Shown: piece by piece, positions 57,041 to 64,000 of the stretch
Layout: every line of letters begins with the position of its first letter
Numbering within the stretch: position 1 is the stretch's first letter
Assembly (NCBI GenBank): GCA_043806015.1
Contig: JAZDHH010000004.1
Span: 60,678-124,677 of the forward strand
Length of the DNA stretch: 64,000 nucleotides
Reading direction: 5' to 3'
From: Nanobdellota archaeon
GTDB taxonomy: Archaea > Nanobdellota > Nanobdellia > Woesearchaeales > JAHIVG01
Translations under genes and position numbers: made by a program
The notes under the pieces: model-generated
The model's input: the letters and a program-made list of their open reading frames with translations, nothing else
Told to the model about the DNA's origin: nothing
Databases searched by the model: none

Positions 57041-58834
57041 TCAAGGCATTTTTAAGAAAAAGGAATTGATTTCCTTGATATAGTCCCGTGAGATCCGCAG
57101 CTGCCAGTCCGGCGGGAAGCAGCAGAAGTAGGAAGGAGCTGTATAGCGCCGGTCCAGGAAGATGATGGCGCCGCGGTCGGTCTCGCTGCGGATGCATCTC
57201 CCCGAGTTCTGGATGGCCTTGATCATCGCCGGCAGCACATAGCCATAGCTCCAGCCTTTGCCAAATTTTAGGTCATAGTGCGCGATCAACGCCTTTATCT
57301 CGAGGTCAGGCTGCGGCAGCGGCAATCCGACGACAACCACCGCCTTCACCACATTGTCCTTGAGGTCGATTCCCTCGCCGAAGCTGCCCGAGGACACCGC
57401 GGCGAGCACCGCATCCCTTGAAGAGAACGCGGCGAGCAGCTGCTCCCTCTCAGCGCGGTCCTGCTGCTCCACGAAGACTGGCTTCTCCGCCTTCAGGAAG
57501 GGGAGCACGCTCCTCAGGACGCCATACGACGGGAAGAAAAGCAGCACGTTGCCTGGGACCGCGGCGATGATGTTGGAGCAGACTTCGCCGATGGTCCGGT
57601 ACTGGGATTCGTTTCGCTCAGAGAATTTTGTGGTAGCGAGAGGCACGATGAGGTTGAGCCTGTTCGCAAAGGGGAACGGGCTTGACAGGGTGACGCTCTT
57701 CCCTTTGATGCCGAGCAGGTCAGCGTGCATCTCCTGCGGAGCGAGCGTCCCTGACATCAACACCGCGGCATGGCAGCCGTCAAAGACAGCCTGGGCGGCG
57801 GGAGCTGCGTCGAGGCAGCGGTAGGAGAGCATCAGCTGCAGGCCCTGCGAAAGCACGCGGCAATAGCCCTCGTCGGGCCCCTGCCAGTCCTGCAGGAAAG
57901 AAGCGACGCCGCCGATCGAGCTCTGCTGCTGGCGCACGCGCACCCGGTCAGCGGCTTCCTCGAGCAGGGTGATGTCCTCATCGGTCGCGGAAAGCTCGTG
58001 CTGCTCAGCATAGCGCTCCTGGCCGAGGCCCTCGCTCATAGCCTGCATTGAATCGTCGACCGAAGTGATGACCTGCAGCGCCTCGCTTTCCCGGAAGCGC
58101 TCCGCCTCTTTCTTCGCCCTCGCCAGCATGCCGACGGTGAGCCTCGAGCTGAGCAGTTCGCGCAGCCGCAGGGCGAGGTTGTGCGCCTCATCGACGATGA
58201 TGACCGCCTTGCCCAGCTCCTTCTGCGCCCTCGCGAAGAAGGAATTGCGGATGTCCTCGTTGAAGAGATAATAATAGTCCGAGATGATGACCTCGGCGTT
58301 CCTCGCGAGGAACGTGGCGATCTCATACGGGCAGCAATCGCACGCCAAGGCCTGCTCCTTGATGTCTGCCATCGAGAGCAGCTTGCATCTAAGACGTTCG
58401 AGCAGCGCCTGCGCCTCCGGCGTCGGGTCCTTCTTCTTGCTCGCCTTCAGGTAGAAGGAGCACTTGTTGTCCTCGCGAAGCGCGTGGCAGTACTCGAGAA
58501 AATCGCGGTTGTGCAGCGTCTCCGCGCCCTTCTGGCCGCAGAGCCAGCGCTTGCCGATGACGCTCGCGGCGTTGATCTGGATGCCATGGCGCTCACGCAT
58601 CTTTCGCAAGGTCTCCATCACGATCTCATGCTGCGTGTGCCGTGACGTGAGGAAAAAGATCGTGAGGCCCTGCTCCTTGATGAAGGGCAGCGCGGGGGCA
58701 AGCACGGCTGCGGTCTTGCCGATGCCTGTCGGCGCCTGGATGAGGATCTTCTCCTTCGCCTGCAGTGCCTCCTTGACGGCTGCCATCATCTCGTGCTGGC
58801 CACGACGGAGCGATGCGTGCGCGAAAGGATCCAT
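57041..58834 (-). CDS. xpd: XPD/Rad3-family Fe-S DNA helicase
   Basis: APTGIGKT, Fe-S Cys residues (LC...YC...KCSF...CPY), DEAHNL, SGTL, EGID, Q.SGR.IRS..DRG. Confidence 0.92.
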   Translation of the reverse strand: MDPFAHASLRRGQHEMMAAVKEALQAKEKILIQAPTGIGKTAAVLAPALPFIKEQGLTIFFLTSRHTQHEIVMETLRKMRERHGIQINAASVIGKRWLCGQKGAETLHNRDFLEYCHALREDNKCSFYLKASKKKDPTPEAQALLERLRCKLLSMADIKEQALACDCCPYEIATFLARNAEVIISDYYYLFNEDIRNSFFARAQKELGKAVIIVDEAHNLALRLRELLSSRLTVGMLARAKKEAERFRESEALQVITSVDDSMQAMSEGLGQERYAEQHELSATDEDITLLEEAADRVRVRQQQSSIGGVASFLQDWQGPDEGYCRVLSQGLQLMLSYRCLDAAPAAQAVFDGCHAAVLMSGTLAPQEMHADLLGIKGKSVTLSSPFPFANRLNLIVPLATTKFSERNESQYRTIGEVCSNIIAAVPGNVLLFFPSYGVLRSVLPFLKAEKPVFVEQQDRAEREQLLAAFSSRDAVLAAVSSGSFGEGIDLKDNVVKAVVVVGLPLPQPDLEIKALIAHYDLKFGKGWSYGYVLPAMIKAIQNSGRCIRSETDRGAIIFLDRRYTAPSYFCCFPPDWQLRISRDYIKEINSFFLKMP

Positions 58835-58997
58835 GGCCGCGGTTATGCCGCAGCAGTATAAAACATTTACCGTTGCGCAATGATGAGAAATGTTTTAATA
58901 TTTCCTTTGAAAACGAAAAGCATAAATATAAGATAGATGTTAGAAAATATAAATCTTTTAATACCTATTTGACAATAAAAATGAGGGTTGAGGGGGC

Positions 58998-59270
58998 ATG
59001 ACGAAAAATCGGGCGATATTCAACGTGTTCTTCCGCGAAAAGCCTGCCATGATGCTCGTTAACCTGTACAACGCCAAGGGCGAGATGTACGCCAGCTCCC
59101 TCGCTAAGTCCATCGACTGCACCTATTCCCATGTCGTCAAGATCCTGCAAGAGATGGAGAAGGCCGGCCTCATCAACTTCAACAAGCAAGGCCGCCTGAA
59201 GCTGCTCACCCTGACGAAGAAAGGGACGGACATCGCCGAGCACATCGAGAAGATACGGCAGAGCCTCTAA
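58998..59270 (+). CDS. MarR-like winged-helix transcriptional regulator
   Basis: YASSLAKSIDCTYSHVVKILQEMEKAGLI.F.K.GR.K...LT.KG. Confidence 0.85.
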   Translation: MTKNRAIFNVFFREKPAMMLVNLYNAKGEMYASSLAKSIDCTYSHVVKILQEMEKAGLINFNKQGRLKLLTLTKKGTDIAEHIEKIRQSL

Positions 59271-59289
59271 AGAAAAAGTATTATCGGTT

Positions 59290-60693
59290 CTATCGGACTA
59301 ACTCCTCGACCGAGACCTTCTCTAGAATTTCCTGCGCCTTCTCCAGGAACTGCGCCTCCATGTCCGTCGGGATGATCGCTCCCGCAGCGTTCATGTGGCC
59401 GCCGCTCTCGCCGCCGGCCGCCGCGGTGATCTGGTTGATGACCTGCCGCAGGTCGCTGCCGTTCCTGCCCGCGATCCTCAACGAGACCTTGGTCGTGTTG
59501 TCCATCAGCTGCGCCATGGACAAGATCAGCGTTCCCGGCTTGAACTCGCTCGAGTTGGAGAGGATGGACGCCATCGTCCCCGCGATGGTCCCCAGGATGT
59601 TGTCCTCGGCGTTGATGATGAGATAGCTGTCGCCCTTGATGACATGGCGCGTCTCCTTGTGCGCACGAAACCATTTCATCGCGCCGACGATCTCGCGGCG
59701 GTATGACGTGAGGTTGGCGACCGCCTTCTGCTTCGCCTTCTCGTCCCCCAGGCAGGCGGAGATGCCGATGCTCGCCTTGTTGAGACGGCCGCAGGCGTTG
59801 AGCAGCGTCGAGAACTCGCGGCCGTCGCGGAACGGCGTGTCCTCGTCCTCGTCCTGGAGCAGGTAGATGTTGCCAAGGACATCCTCCGGATGCTCGAGGC
59901 CCGCGCGCTTGAGCACGATGCCCTCGATGAGGCGGCGCTGCTCCTCGGCGTTGAGGTGCGCCAGCCTCTTCCAGCCCTTGCCCAGTCGCGGATCGATGCC
60001 GATCTGCTGCAGGAACTGGATGGCCCCGGACTCGGAGCCGGAGACGTCGGGGATGAAGGGGTTGGTGCTGTACTCGAGCAGCTTGTGCACAGGACGCGTC
60101 TGCCTCCCGAAGAAGCGCAGCCCGCGCTGCACGACGATCTTCTTCTGCGCGATGGCCTCCTGGAGGATCTCGCCGTTCAGCGACAGGAAGCCGTTGTGCT
60201 CCTGCACGTCGCCGATGGCGCCGATCACCGCGAGGTGAGCGAGCGCGCTGTTCTTCTCGCTCAAGGCCTTCGCGAAAAGATAGCAGACGCCGGATCCTGA
60301 GATTTCCGTGCTGCCGTCGATGCCGAAGTCATGGGGGTTGACGTGCAGGACATGGGGCGCGGGCTTGACGTCCGCCGGCTCGTGGTGGTCGAGGACGATG
60401 ACCTGCTTCCCCTGCAGCTCCTCGTTGATCGCGGCGAGCTGACCAGAACCGAGGTCGGCGAAGACGATGGTCGGCGCGCGGTCGATGCTGAGCTCATGCG
60501 TGATCTTTCGGTTGAGCTGCTGCACCACAGAAAGCGCGTAGCCCTTGCCGGCCTGGTTGAAGGCCCGGATCATGATGGCCGCGGAGGCCATGCCGTCGCA
60601 GTCGAGATGCGAGATGAGCCGTATCTGGCCGTCGAGCCTGCGGAACCGCTCCGCAGCGTCGTGCACGTGCCGCTTGAAGCCGCCGTAATCCAT
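59290..60693 (-). CDS. RecJ/GAN (Cdc45-like) DHH phosphoesterase
   Basis: HLDCDG, DLGSG, LDHH, GAIGD, LNACGR, C-terminal GGGH-like SGGH..AAG; conserved position downstream of rps15. Confidence 0.9.
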   Translation of the reverse strand: MDYGGFKRHVHDAAERFRRLDGQIRLISHLDCDGMASAAIMIRAFNQAGKGYALSVVQQLNRKITHELSIDRAPTIVFADLGSGQLAAINEELQGKQVIVLDHHEPADVKPAPHVLHVNPHDFGIDGSTEISGSGVCYLFAKALSEKNSALAHLAVIGAIGDVQEHNGFLSLNGEILQEAIAQKKIVVQRGLRFFGRQTRPVHKLLEYSTNPFIPDVSGSESGAIQFLQQIGIDPRLGKGWKRLAHLNAEEQRRLIEGIVLKRAGLEHPEDVLGNIYLLQDEDEDTPFRDGREFSTLLNACGRLNKASIGISACLGDEKAKQKAVANLTSYRREIVGAMKWFRAHKETRHVIKGDSYLIINAEDNILGTIAGTMASILSNSSEFKPGTLILSMAQLMDNTTKVSLRIAGRNGSDLRQVINQITAAAGGESGGHMNAAGAIIPTDMEAQFLEKAQEILEKVSVEELVR

Positions 60694-61149
60694 CTACTCG
60701 AGATACATGCCGGCTGACACGGGGTCGAACTTCCAGCTCTTGGGCAGGCGGTCCTCGCGCTTGTAGTATTTCGACAGGCGGCCGATGAGCGAGATGGTGA
60801 GCTTCTGGCCGCGCTTCGCGGTCATGTCCTTCTTGTTGGCTTCCATGTGCTTGGTGATGGCGATGTAGCGCTTGATGAGCATCATCAGGTCTTCAGGGAT
60901 CTTGGGAGCGAGGTTGCGCTGCGCCAGGATCTGCGTTATCGTCTTGCCGCAGAGCACCTTGACATTCGGGATGCCGTAGGTGTCCCTCAGGATGAGGCCG
61001 ATCCCGGACAGGGAATGGTCCTCGCGGGCGAGCTTGATGATGAGGAGCTCGGCCTCCTTCGGCGTGTAGCGCATCCAGCCCTGGAGCTTGCGCTCGACGG
61101 GAAACTTGCTGCCGGACTTTCCTCTCTTCCTTGAATGCATGCGTGCCAT
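60694..61149 (-). CDS. rps15: 30S ribosomal protein uS15 (S13e/S15P)
   Basis: MARMHSRKRGKSGS, IG.ILRD.YGIP, IPEDL..LI, KKD..AKRG, RL.KYYK. Confidence 0.96.
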   Translation of the reverse strand: MARMHSRKRGKSGSKFPVERKLQGWMRYTPKEAELLIIKLAREDHSLSGIGLILRDTYGIPNVKVLCGKTITQILAQRNLAPKIPEDLMMLIKRYIAITKHMEANKKDMTAKRGQKLTISLIGRLSKYYKREDRLPKSWKFDPVSAGMYLE

Positions 61150-61224
61150 GATAGACCCCCGAGAGAACACCGAAGAATAGCATCTCCAGTGTGCGCAAGC
61201 TTGCGACCGGCGCACCTCTCGAAT
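61150..61224 (-). promoter_or_regulatory. Structured 5' leader of rps15 (candidate ribosomal-protein leader)
   Basis: TATA at 61246-61254; leader pairings UCGAGAG/CUCUCGG, CCGGU/ACUGG and CGCA-AGCU-UGCG; the first stem abuts the GGGGGU SD. Confidence 0.5.
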
Positions 61225-61270
61225 GAGAGGGGGAAGGAATTCCTCTTTTTAAAAGTTGCCTTTATTTTGC

Positions 61271-63547
61271 CTAAACTCTTTCCATCCGCCCCTCAATCAG
61301 CGCAATGCGCTCATTGCACAGGTCGAGGAGCGCCGTCGGGGGAGCATGGGCAAGCTCACCCGTCAGACGAGTGCTCGCTGCGGCGATTGGGGCAGCCTGT
61401 AAAAGAGGATCAGGCCAGACCGCATTGGCATAGCCCATAATCCCCCAGATCTCAAGGAAATCAGGAGCGATCATCTTTTCTGAAAGCGCCTGCTGGAGCG
61501 TCAACCACGCGGCCGCCCGTTCCCGCATTGCGCGCCACGCATCGCGGACTTCTTCAAGATGAGCGTTTGGTTCAGCGAATCGCCTGCTTCCGTAATATGC
61601 CCGGCATTTCTCAAGACGATAGGGCAGTTGCTCTGCATCTTTGAGCAGGTATTCAGGCGCCATGGTTGCCCCGGTGAGGAGGAAATCAGTCCCTTGGGTC
61701 AGCCAGTCATGGTCTCCGACCTTTTCAGTGTGATCCGCGACCGTGAACCTGCCCTCGAAATAGACCACCGTCCCCTTGACGTCAGGGTTCAGCTTCCTCA
61801 GTCGCTCCAGCGCCATCGCCATGGCTTCCTCCGCGGCGACGCCACCGATGGTGAAGAGCACGACCCGGTCTATCGAGCCCTTGGCGGCCTCATAACGCTC
61901 CGCGACGGTCTCCAATGAATGATAGAGAGATACGCCAGTCGCCACGATGTCTCCGATGAAAAGCGTGTCATGCGTTCCGGTCCTGACCTTGTCATGGTAT
62001 CCAGTCGTGAGCCATTGGTCTCCTTGCCGCGACCGCTTGGACCAAAGATAAGATTTCTTCGGCGTCTGGATGCCGTACAACCCGGCAAGAACCTCGCCGA
62101 TGCGCCACGCCTCGCCGCCGGTAAGGATGTTGAGGATATTGATCCTGCTCTCGGAAAAGCCGTCGAGGATTTGCGGGAGCAGCCTCAACGCATGAGCGAT
62201 TCCCTCCTGAAGCCGCCGGACATATTGTTCGCCGACCAGCAGCGCGTCTGTGCACAGCTCCCTTGTCTCAGGCGTGGTGACGATGAACCGGCCCAGATTT
62301 GCTTCCTCGGGTCCGATACGGTACAACGCCGCATCGCCTGCCCGTTTTACTGGAGTCAACGCCTCAAGCCTCGCGGGCCCTAAAAAACTGGCGTAGGTTT
62401 CTGCGTCGAAGACGGTCCTGACTGGGGCGGCGCTCGCCTGCAGCGGCGCGTAGGTCTCCCGGATCCGTTGCTGTGTCCGGCGCAAGGAGGGCATTTGGAG
62501 ACGCATCCACCTGTCCAGAGACCTCACCTGCTCGTCCAGGGAAATGAGGCCGTGATCCATCTGATACAGGATCCGCACCGCCTCCTGTCCGATACGCATC
62601 GCCTTCTCTTCGGCCTGGTCTATGACTTCCCGGTCTGGCGAAAAGAGAGCCTCCCCGTCAGGGCCTGGAGGAAAGTTGACGATGGCGAGCACGCTTCCTG
62701 CCCGGACACGCTCGCGAGGGCTCGCCGGAAAGATGAGGTTCTTCCTGTCGAGGTCGGCGAGCGCGTAAAGCACAGACGATTCCATGGACGAACAAAGGAT
62801 GCCGTTTGCTGTCGCGATTGCCTGAGCGCGCCTCGCCGAATCGGGAAAAGGCGTGAGGCCGATCTCCCACGGCAGGCTGTCCTTGGTGATCTTCGGGCCG
62901 AGCCGCACAGGGATATCGAGGCGCTCCGCCGCGAGGATGAGGGCAGCGACCACCTCGGGAGAGGCCGTGGCGACATAGTCCTGATCGACGTACTTGTCGG
63001 TGACGCCCTCAGCGCGGAGGGCATGGCTGCTGATGACCACCTGCGGGGCACTGATGTCCGGCTGCATCGTTCCTGCTGTGCCCACGCGGATGAGCGTGTA
63101 GTCCTCAGGCGCGACAGAGAGGAAATCGAGGCCGAGCGATATCTCGACGGAGGAGGGGCCCATCTGCGTGGTGAGCACACCGACGTTGAAGCCATTCCCT
63201 TCCGCTTGGTCACGGTAGATGCCGTAGAGCAGCGAACGATCAGAGTCCCATGCCGGGGAAATGGTCTGGACAAGGTCGCCGAGATGCTGGCTCAGGATTC
63301 GCTGCGTCCTGCCGCGCGACCCTGGCGCGAGGAAGTAGTGCGTGTCCCTGAAGACGCTCGGCACCATGCCGGAGTGCGGCTGGGGCAGCTCGCCCTCCGC
63401 CAAGGCACGCTGATAGGCGTCGAGGTCAAACCCGGAGAAGAGAAGTCTCAAAGAATCCAAAGGCGGCTGATACGCCTCTTCGGGATAAGCCTCCCGCATC
63501 CGTTGGAGACAGTCCTCAAGGACTCTCCTCTTATCTTCAACCCCCAT
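61271..63547 (-). CDS. Uridine/nucleoside phosphorylase fused to a phosphoribosyltransferase-like domain
   Basis: N-half: APGSRGR, MGPSS, IRVGTAG, SMES (PNP_UDP_1 motifs); C-half: LNILTGG and FIGDIVATGVSL (type I PRTase PRPP-loop-like). Confidence 0.75.
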   Translation of the reverse strand: MGVEDKRRVLEDCLQRMREAYPEEAYQPPLDSLRLLFSGFDLDAYQRALAEGELPQPHSGMVPSVFRDTHYFLAPGSRGRTQRILSQHLGDLVQTISPAWDSDRSLLYGIYRDQAEGNGFNVGVLTTQMGPSSVEISLGLDFLSVAPEDYTLIRVGTAGTMQPDISAPQVVISSHALRAEGVTDKYVDQDYVATASPEVVAALILAAERLDIPVRLGPKITKDSLPWEIGLTPFPDSARRAQAIATANGILCSSMESSVLYALADLDRKNLIFPASPRERVRAGSVLAIVNFPPGPDGEALFSPDREVIDQAEEKAMRIGQEAVRILYQMDHGLISLDEQVRSLDRWMRLQMPSLRRTQQRIRETYAPLQASAAPVRTVFDAETYASFLGPARLEALTPVKRAGDAALYRIGPEEANLGRFIVTTPETRELCTDALLVGEQYVRRLQEGIAHALRLLPQILDGFSESRINILNILTGGEAWRIGEVLAGLYGIQTPKKSYLWSKRSRQGDQWLTTGYHDKVRTGTHDTLFIGDIVATGVSLYHSLETVAERYEAAKGSIDRVVLFTIGGVAAEEAMAMALERLRKLNPDVKGTVVYFEGRFTVADHTEKVGDHDWLTQGTDFLLTGATMAPEYLLKDAEQLPYRLEKCRAYYGSRRFAEPNAHLEEVRDAWRAMRERAAAWLTLQQALSEKMIAPDFLEIWGIMGYANAVWPDPLLQAAPIAAASTRLTGELAHAPPTALLDLCNERIALIEGRMERV

Positions 63548-63593
63548 CGAGGAAGGGGGGAGCGGGGGACTATAAAAGCGTTTTGCGCAAAGC

Positions 63594-63601
63594 TTTAATA
63601 A
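63594..63601 (+). promoter_or_regulatory. TATA box of tRNA gene (back-to-back with TATA 63570-63577 of the phosphorylase fusion)
   Basis: GCGCAAAGC-TTTAATAA, 24 nt before the tRNA 5' end. Confidence 0.65.
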
Positions 63602-63625
63602 GCGATAAAAAAACAGGACATCTAT

Positions 63626-63751
63626 AGCCCCGTAGTGTAGCGGTCAATCATCCCGCCCTTTGGCTTCGGTCCTCCGAAGAGGAAAGGCGGGGACCCAGGT
63701 GTCCCTCAGGAATCCCCTGTCGGACTGGGAATTCGAATCCGGGCGGGGCTA
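63626..63751 (+). tRNA. tRNA-Gln(UUG) with two introns (63664-63684 at 37/38; 63700-63731 at 53/54)
   Basis: Acceptor AGCCCCG/CGGGGCT-A, anticodon stem CCGCC/GGCGG with loop CTTTGG|A, T-arm CCAGG|TTCGAAT-CCGGG; both introns fold as bulge-helix-bulge. Confidence 0.92.
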
Positions 63752-63850
63752 TCCGAGGGGAGGTGACGAGCGTGGGTCTCTCACGCAAGCCATCTCCTCC
63801 TATTATTTATAAAGGAAAAAAATTTAAGTAGCCTCATATATCAGGTTATT

Positions 63851-63988
63851 ATGCTTGCACAATCTAACCAAGTGGCTTTTATAATAATTGGAATGTTGTT
63901 TGGTTACGTTTTTGGAGGCATACAAGGAGTATTTATTGGGGCTTTGATCGGTTTCGTACTATTCTTCTTACGGAGGTTCTTGAGATGA
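63851..63988 (+). CDS. Small hydrophobic membrane protein (45 aa; not in ORF track)
   Basis: Manual translation MLAQSNQVAFIIIGMLFGYVFGGIQGVFIGALIGFVLFFLRRFLR; TTTAAGTA box upstream; ATGA overlap with a next ORF at 63985. Confidence 0.6.
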   Translation: MLAQSNQVAFIIIGMLFGYVFGGIQGVFIGALIGFVLFFLRRFLR

Positions 63989-64000
63989 ACTGGACTCCAG

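Noticed and set aside
58859-58897. Inverted repeat TAAAACATTT...AAATGTTTTA with inner TTGCGCAA
   Set aside because: Most simply explained as back-to-back BRE/TATA elements of divergent promoters; an operator role for the MarR-like protein cannot be excluded but is unsupported
61215-61230. Hairpin CCTCTC-ATTC-GAGAGG as an alternative switch in the rps15 leader
   Set aside because: TATA spacing puts the TSS in its loop, so the 5' arm is probably not transcribed
63582-63591. TTTGCGCAAA palindrome as a transcription-factor site
   Set aside because: It arises from two overlapping BRE-like GCGCAAA elements serving the divergent tRNA and phosphorylase promoters
1-64000. Alternative genetic code or stop-codon readthrough
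   Set aside because: Conserved genes are full length under the standard code, and TAA, TAG and TGA all end genes at expected positions

Overview
High-GC archaeal window, most consistent with a DPANN/Woesearchaeota-type genome. Evidence: archaeal rpl21e-rpoF-DUF655, rps15-RecJ/GAN, SRP54, XPD, NucS, TrmB, BRE/TATA promoters, a BHB-intron tRNA, PGF-pre-PGF surface proteins and few metabolic genes. More than half of the window encodes cell-surface machinery. This includes a ~16.5 kb type IV pilus/adhesin locus (1-16567, minus strand), a beta-helix/metzincin surface protein, a 3406-aa membrane-anchored protein with two tandem clan GH-A-like glycoside hydrolase modules, a 9x Ig-repeat glycoprotein with a GPS-like HL|T motif, and a 1928-aa Cys-rich protein. 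Other notable signals: tiny DNA-binding genes placed directly in front of giant surface-protein genes (one with a palindromic operator); a tRNA-Gln(UUG) with two BHB introns (37/38 and 53/54); a structured candidate uS15 leader; a uridine phosphorylase-PRTase fusion; an identical 17-nt terminator after three surface genes; and pervasive leaderless promoter spacing. No CRISPR array, rRNA, transposase, integrase or reverse transcriptase was seen. All family calls come from motif recognition by eye, not database searches.
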